A stretch of 64,000 nt of DNA from Syntrophales bacterium (GTDB lineage: Bacteria > Desulfobacterota > Syntrophia > Syntrophales > UBA2210). The position numbers and the translations under genes were made by a program. Location of the stretch: positions 2,112,001-2,176,000 of the forward strand of contig CAXXNF010000002.1 in the NCBI GenBank assembly GCA_963666365.2. The letters are read 5' to 3'. Below, in pieces: positions 61,431 to 64,000 of the stretch. Numbering within the stretch: position 1 is the first letter of the stretch; every line of letters starts with the position of its first letter. The notes below the pieces were generated by a model. The model was not told where the DNA came from. It was given only the letters and a program-made list of their open reading frames with translations, and did no database searches.

Positions 61431-61729
61431 GGCAGATGAACAAGAATAACCGCCGGGAGTCCTTCAATCGGAAAGGTCAAGGGAAATCTCCGTTTTCCCC
61501 TTGATAAAACTTATCATGGATGTCGGTATAGAAATTCACGGTTGACGAACCGGTCATTTTTGTATATTCTCTGTACTAACATACAGTTAACGACAGGCCA
61601 CGTCACGCATCTCCGGCCTCTTATTCCTCTACCGGAACCGACTCCTCAAAAACATAAAGCCTGCACAGACACCGATGCAACCCCATATTCCTGCAGGCGT
61701 GGCCTGTTTTTTCATTAAGAGGCAGGATC

Positions 61730-62332
61730 ATGACAGTACAATATGCAATTACCATCATGACAAGAAGAGACAATCGATTTGGGTTGCTGAAGAAGTGTGC
61801 CGATATTGTCACTGAAACTTTTCCCGATAAGAGCTTTAGAACCAGCGATCTGTTGAATAATGAGGACCTAACCTGGAATGAGAAAAAGATTATGAAGGAT
61901 CTGTTCGACGGCAAGTCAAGTTACATCATGACTCACCGATTTGATTTCACCAGAGAAGATGGAGACAAATGGGTCTTTGACGACGGAAAAAGACAGAGGC
62001 ATGAATTTGCCATGAAAGTCCTCAACATGATTCACTATGAAGGGACATATAAGATAGGAGAGACAGTCTATACGAGGGATTTTGATTTCATACGATCGTT
62101 AATAGGTGCCTGGAATGCGATTTTGAAACATCTGATGAAAAAGGAGCTGGGTGAAGAAGATCCCGGATATGATATCACGGAAGAGATGATGGAGCATATA
62201 TCGGATGGCCTGATGGAAAAGGTGGGGATCTTCGGGAAATTCGATTACAGTTTTGTCCGGAGGTTTCTGGAGGCACTGTCGGAATATGACGAGGCGTATG
62301 TGGAGAGGTTGATAGAGGAGGAAGAACCCTGA
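61730..62332 (+). CDS. hypothetical protein
   Basis: 200-aa ORF with upstream purine-rich RBS-like sequence; no recognised motif. Confidence 0.65.
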   Translation: MTVQYAITIMTRRDNRFGLLKKCADIVTETFPDKSFRTSDLLNNEDLTWNEKKIMKDLFDGKSSYIMTHRFDFTREDGDKWVFDDGKRQRHEFAMKVLNMIHYEGTYKIGETVYTRDFDFIRSLIGAWNAILKHLMKKELGEEDPGYDITEEMMEHISDGLMEKVGIFGKFDYSFVRRFLEALSEYDEAYVERLIEEEEP

Positions 62333-62349
62333 GCGCCCTATCGTATTAT

Positions 62350-64000
62350 CCTAAATTCCCGGCTTAATGTAACGAGGTTGGCGGGGCGATCCCCATTGCC
62401 TCATAAAGTTCGATTTGTTTCTTTGTCACTTCACCTACGCGAAGTTCATACCCCGGGTACTCAAAGCATTCAATGATGTCCAGTTCATCCAGAAGCTCAT
62501 GCATCGTATATTTTTTGAAAAGATTTCCATCTTGCATCTTCTTTTTGAGATAAGAAAGAAAAATAAGCGCGATAAATTCCACAAACAGCTTGCCGTCCAG
62601 ACTTTGATCGGAGGACACCGCCATGCGGTTGAAATTCAGTCGCTCTTTCAGATTTCCGAAGGCCTTTTCCACAAGATCCTTGTTCCGGTATATTTCCAGG
62701 GCTGCGATAGGTTCCCTGACCTCGTTGCTGAGTAACACAAAAAATCCATAATTCTTTCGTGCATCAAGAAGAGCATCCTCTCTGGCAATAACCTTTGTCC
62801 CTCTTACCGGGGTGGTGGTGACATCAAAATATTTGGCGTACAGCCTGTCGTGTTCCGGAAGGGTTGCGCCGCCTTCCAATTCCTCCTGCAGACGACAAAG
62901 CAGGGCGTTGAAGTTCTTTTCATCCTCCAATGCCCGTTCACTGTTAAAATAGAGGTGCATATACATCCGGCGTTTTCCCTTAAGAATATCGCCCTTGTAA
63001 GGACGCTCCTGAGAATAGTCCCATTCTATCTTCGTGGTGCAGGCATAAAGATCATGTTTCTGATTATAGTGTGTCCAGGTACGGAGTGAATCGCGCACAT
63101 TATCCAGTTCGGTCTTTACGAATTTCAACGACTTCTTTGCGGCAATCAGGAATTTCAAATGATTCCGGTACAGGTCGTTGATATTGTCCTCGCTGTAGAA
63201 TCCCCTGTCCATAACCAGCTTGATCTTGTCGTACCCAAAGAAATCGATGTCAGCCAGAAGGTTCTTCACTGTCTTCACATCGGGAATGTTGCCTGCAAGT
63301 TTTCGGTAGTAAAAAGGAAGATTGGATTCCTCCCCGAACAATAACGCGAGATTGATCTGCGGAAGCGGCTCATGATCCTTGTTCATCCCGTATCTGACCT
63401 GGCTTAAGCATCTGGAATAGCTCGATATGGAGGTCGTATCATAGGCCCAGTACTCTTTCTCGACTCGCCGTCTTCCCTGCAGCCGGAAAAACCGATTCTT
63501 GTCGTCTTCGGTAATAGATGCGAACAACTCACTGCTCCTCTGAGAAGGGATGTTTCTGCCGTAAGGATGCCTATGCGTGGCTGCCCATTTCGGAAAACGG
63601 CTCAAGGGGTTCCTGTCCTCCATGATGAGGTAGTATGCCGTGGACAAAATCTGTTTGTATGTGCCGGGAAAGCATTTTTTCAAATCCGCGGCAATCCCGA
63701 GCTTCTCGCCGATGGCGTCAAAAAGGTATGTTGCCCCGTAAAAACTGCGGGATACATTCTCGATAGGGACCGGACCTCTTTTATGGACTTTGTCATGATT
63801 GCCGGGATCAGTGGCAACCACCCTTTTTCTGGTCGGGATGATCTCCTTTGTCTCGGGATCAACCCGTCCGATGCATCTACGTGTGGCACGAGACTGCTTT
63901 TTCTCTTTATCCCAGTAGGATAGCGATTCATAGGCATAGGTAATTCCCGTCTGCTTGCTGGTCTGATACACAATCGCCGCCATTGAGCACCCCCCCCTTT
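62350..64000 (-). mobile_element. IS1634-family element (left end beyond window)
   Basis: Terminal CCTAAATTCCCG just past the transposase stop. Confidence 0.75.
62364..63983 (-). CDS. IS1634-family DDE transposase
   Basis: YDTTSISSYS, GNIPDV, VMDRGFYSE, YRNKDLVEKAFGNLK. Confidence 0.9.
   Translation of the reverse strand: MAAIVYQTSKQTGITYAYESLSYWDKEKKQSRATRRCIGRVDPETKEIIPTRKRVVATDPGNHDKVHKRGPVPIENVSRSFYGATYLFDAIGEKLGIAADLKKCFPGTYKQILSTAYYLIMEDRNPLSRFPKWAATHRHPYGRNIPSQRSSELFASITEDDKNRFFRLQGRRRVEKEYWAYDTTSISSYSRCLSQVRYGMNKDHEPLPQINLALLFGEESNLPFYYRKLAGNIPDVKTVKNLLADIDFFGYDKIKLVMDRGFYSEDNINDLYRNHLKFLIAAKKSLKFVKTELDNVRDSLRTWTHYNQKHDLYACTTKIEWDYSQERPYKGDILKGKRRMYMHLYFNSERALEDEKNFNALLCRLQEELEGGATLPEHDRLYAKYFDVTTTPVRGTKVIAREDALLDARKNYGFFVLLSNEVREPIAALEIYRNKDLVEKAFGNLKERLNFNRMAVSSDQSLDGKLFVEFIALIFLSYLKKKMQDGNLFKKYTMHELLDELDIIECFEYPGYELRVGEVTKKQIELYEAMGIAPPTSLH

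Larger units (their letters stand above)
60015..61523 (+). mobile_element. IS110-family element (IS1111-like layout)
   Basis: (T)GT core at both junctions (60012-14, 61521-23), short subterminal IR ATGCATAAGT/ACTTATCAT, ~360-bp non-coding right end. Confidence 0.8.
41742..64000. mobile_element. selC-integrated genomic island (P4/PICI-like core plus cargo); right end not seen
   Basis: Integrase 65 bp from the tRNA end, xis, primase-helicase, ori, AT-richer DNA, several IS; no repeat of the tRNA 3' end found by eye. Confidence 0.8.

Noticed and set aside
41742..64000. attR duplication of the tRNA-Sec 3' end
   Set aside because: Not found by eye in the window, so the island's right boundary is not claimed.

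Overview
Bacterial chromosome segment, probably an anaerobic deltaproteobacterium (Syntrophales-like; inferred from gene content). 1-12.3 kb is a catabolic block: the 3' end of an apparent AOR-alcohol dehydrogenase fusion, a secreted beta-propeller, Usp, SatP, two acyl-CoA ligases, a TRAP transporter and a double-TetR regulator. 12.5-41.6 kb is core housekeeping (rimO, ftsK, uppP, ssb, tatA, suhB, moaC, murI, comM, ilvE, lolA, proA, nadD, uvrA, mfd, nadA, moeA). After tRNA-Sec (41644-41741) comes an AT-richer integrated element resembling a P4/PICI satellite, with no attR visible in the window. It carries an integrase, an excisionase, two convergent Zn-finger genes between promoters sharing one box, and a long operon. 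The operon encodes an Arg-rich small protein, a DUF3102-like protein, a TGT/DpdA-like base-exchange enzyme, three YbjN-like paralogs, an RHH-like protein and a primase-helicase with an origin. Its genes are separated by terminators, three of which are preceded by strong-SD 2-3 codon minigenes, and a palindrome recurs three times. Distal cargo includes a second rep/iteron remnant, a PI-PLC lipoprotein, an IS200, an IS21 end, an IS1634, and an IS110-family element whose bridge-RNA guide loops can be matched by eye to its own target and donor junctions. All family calls come from motif recognition, not database searches.
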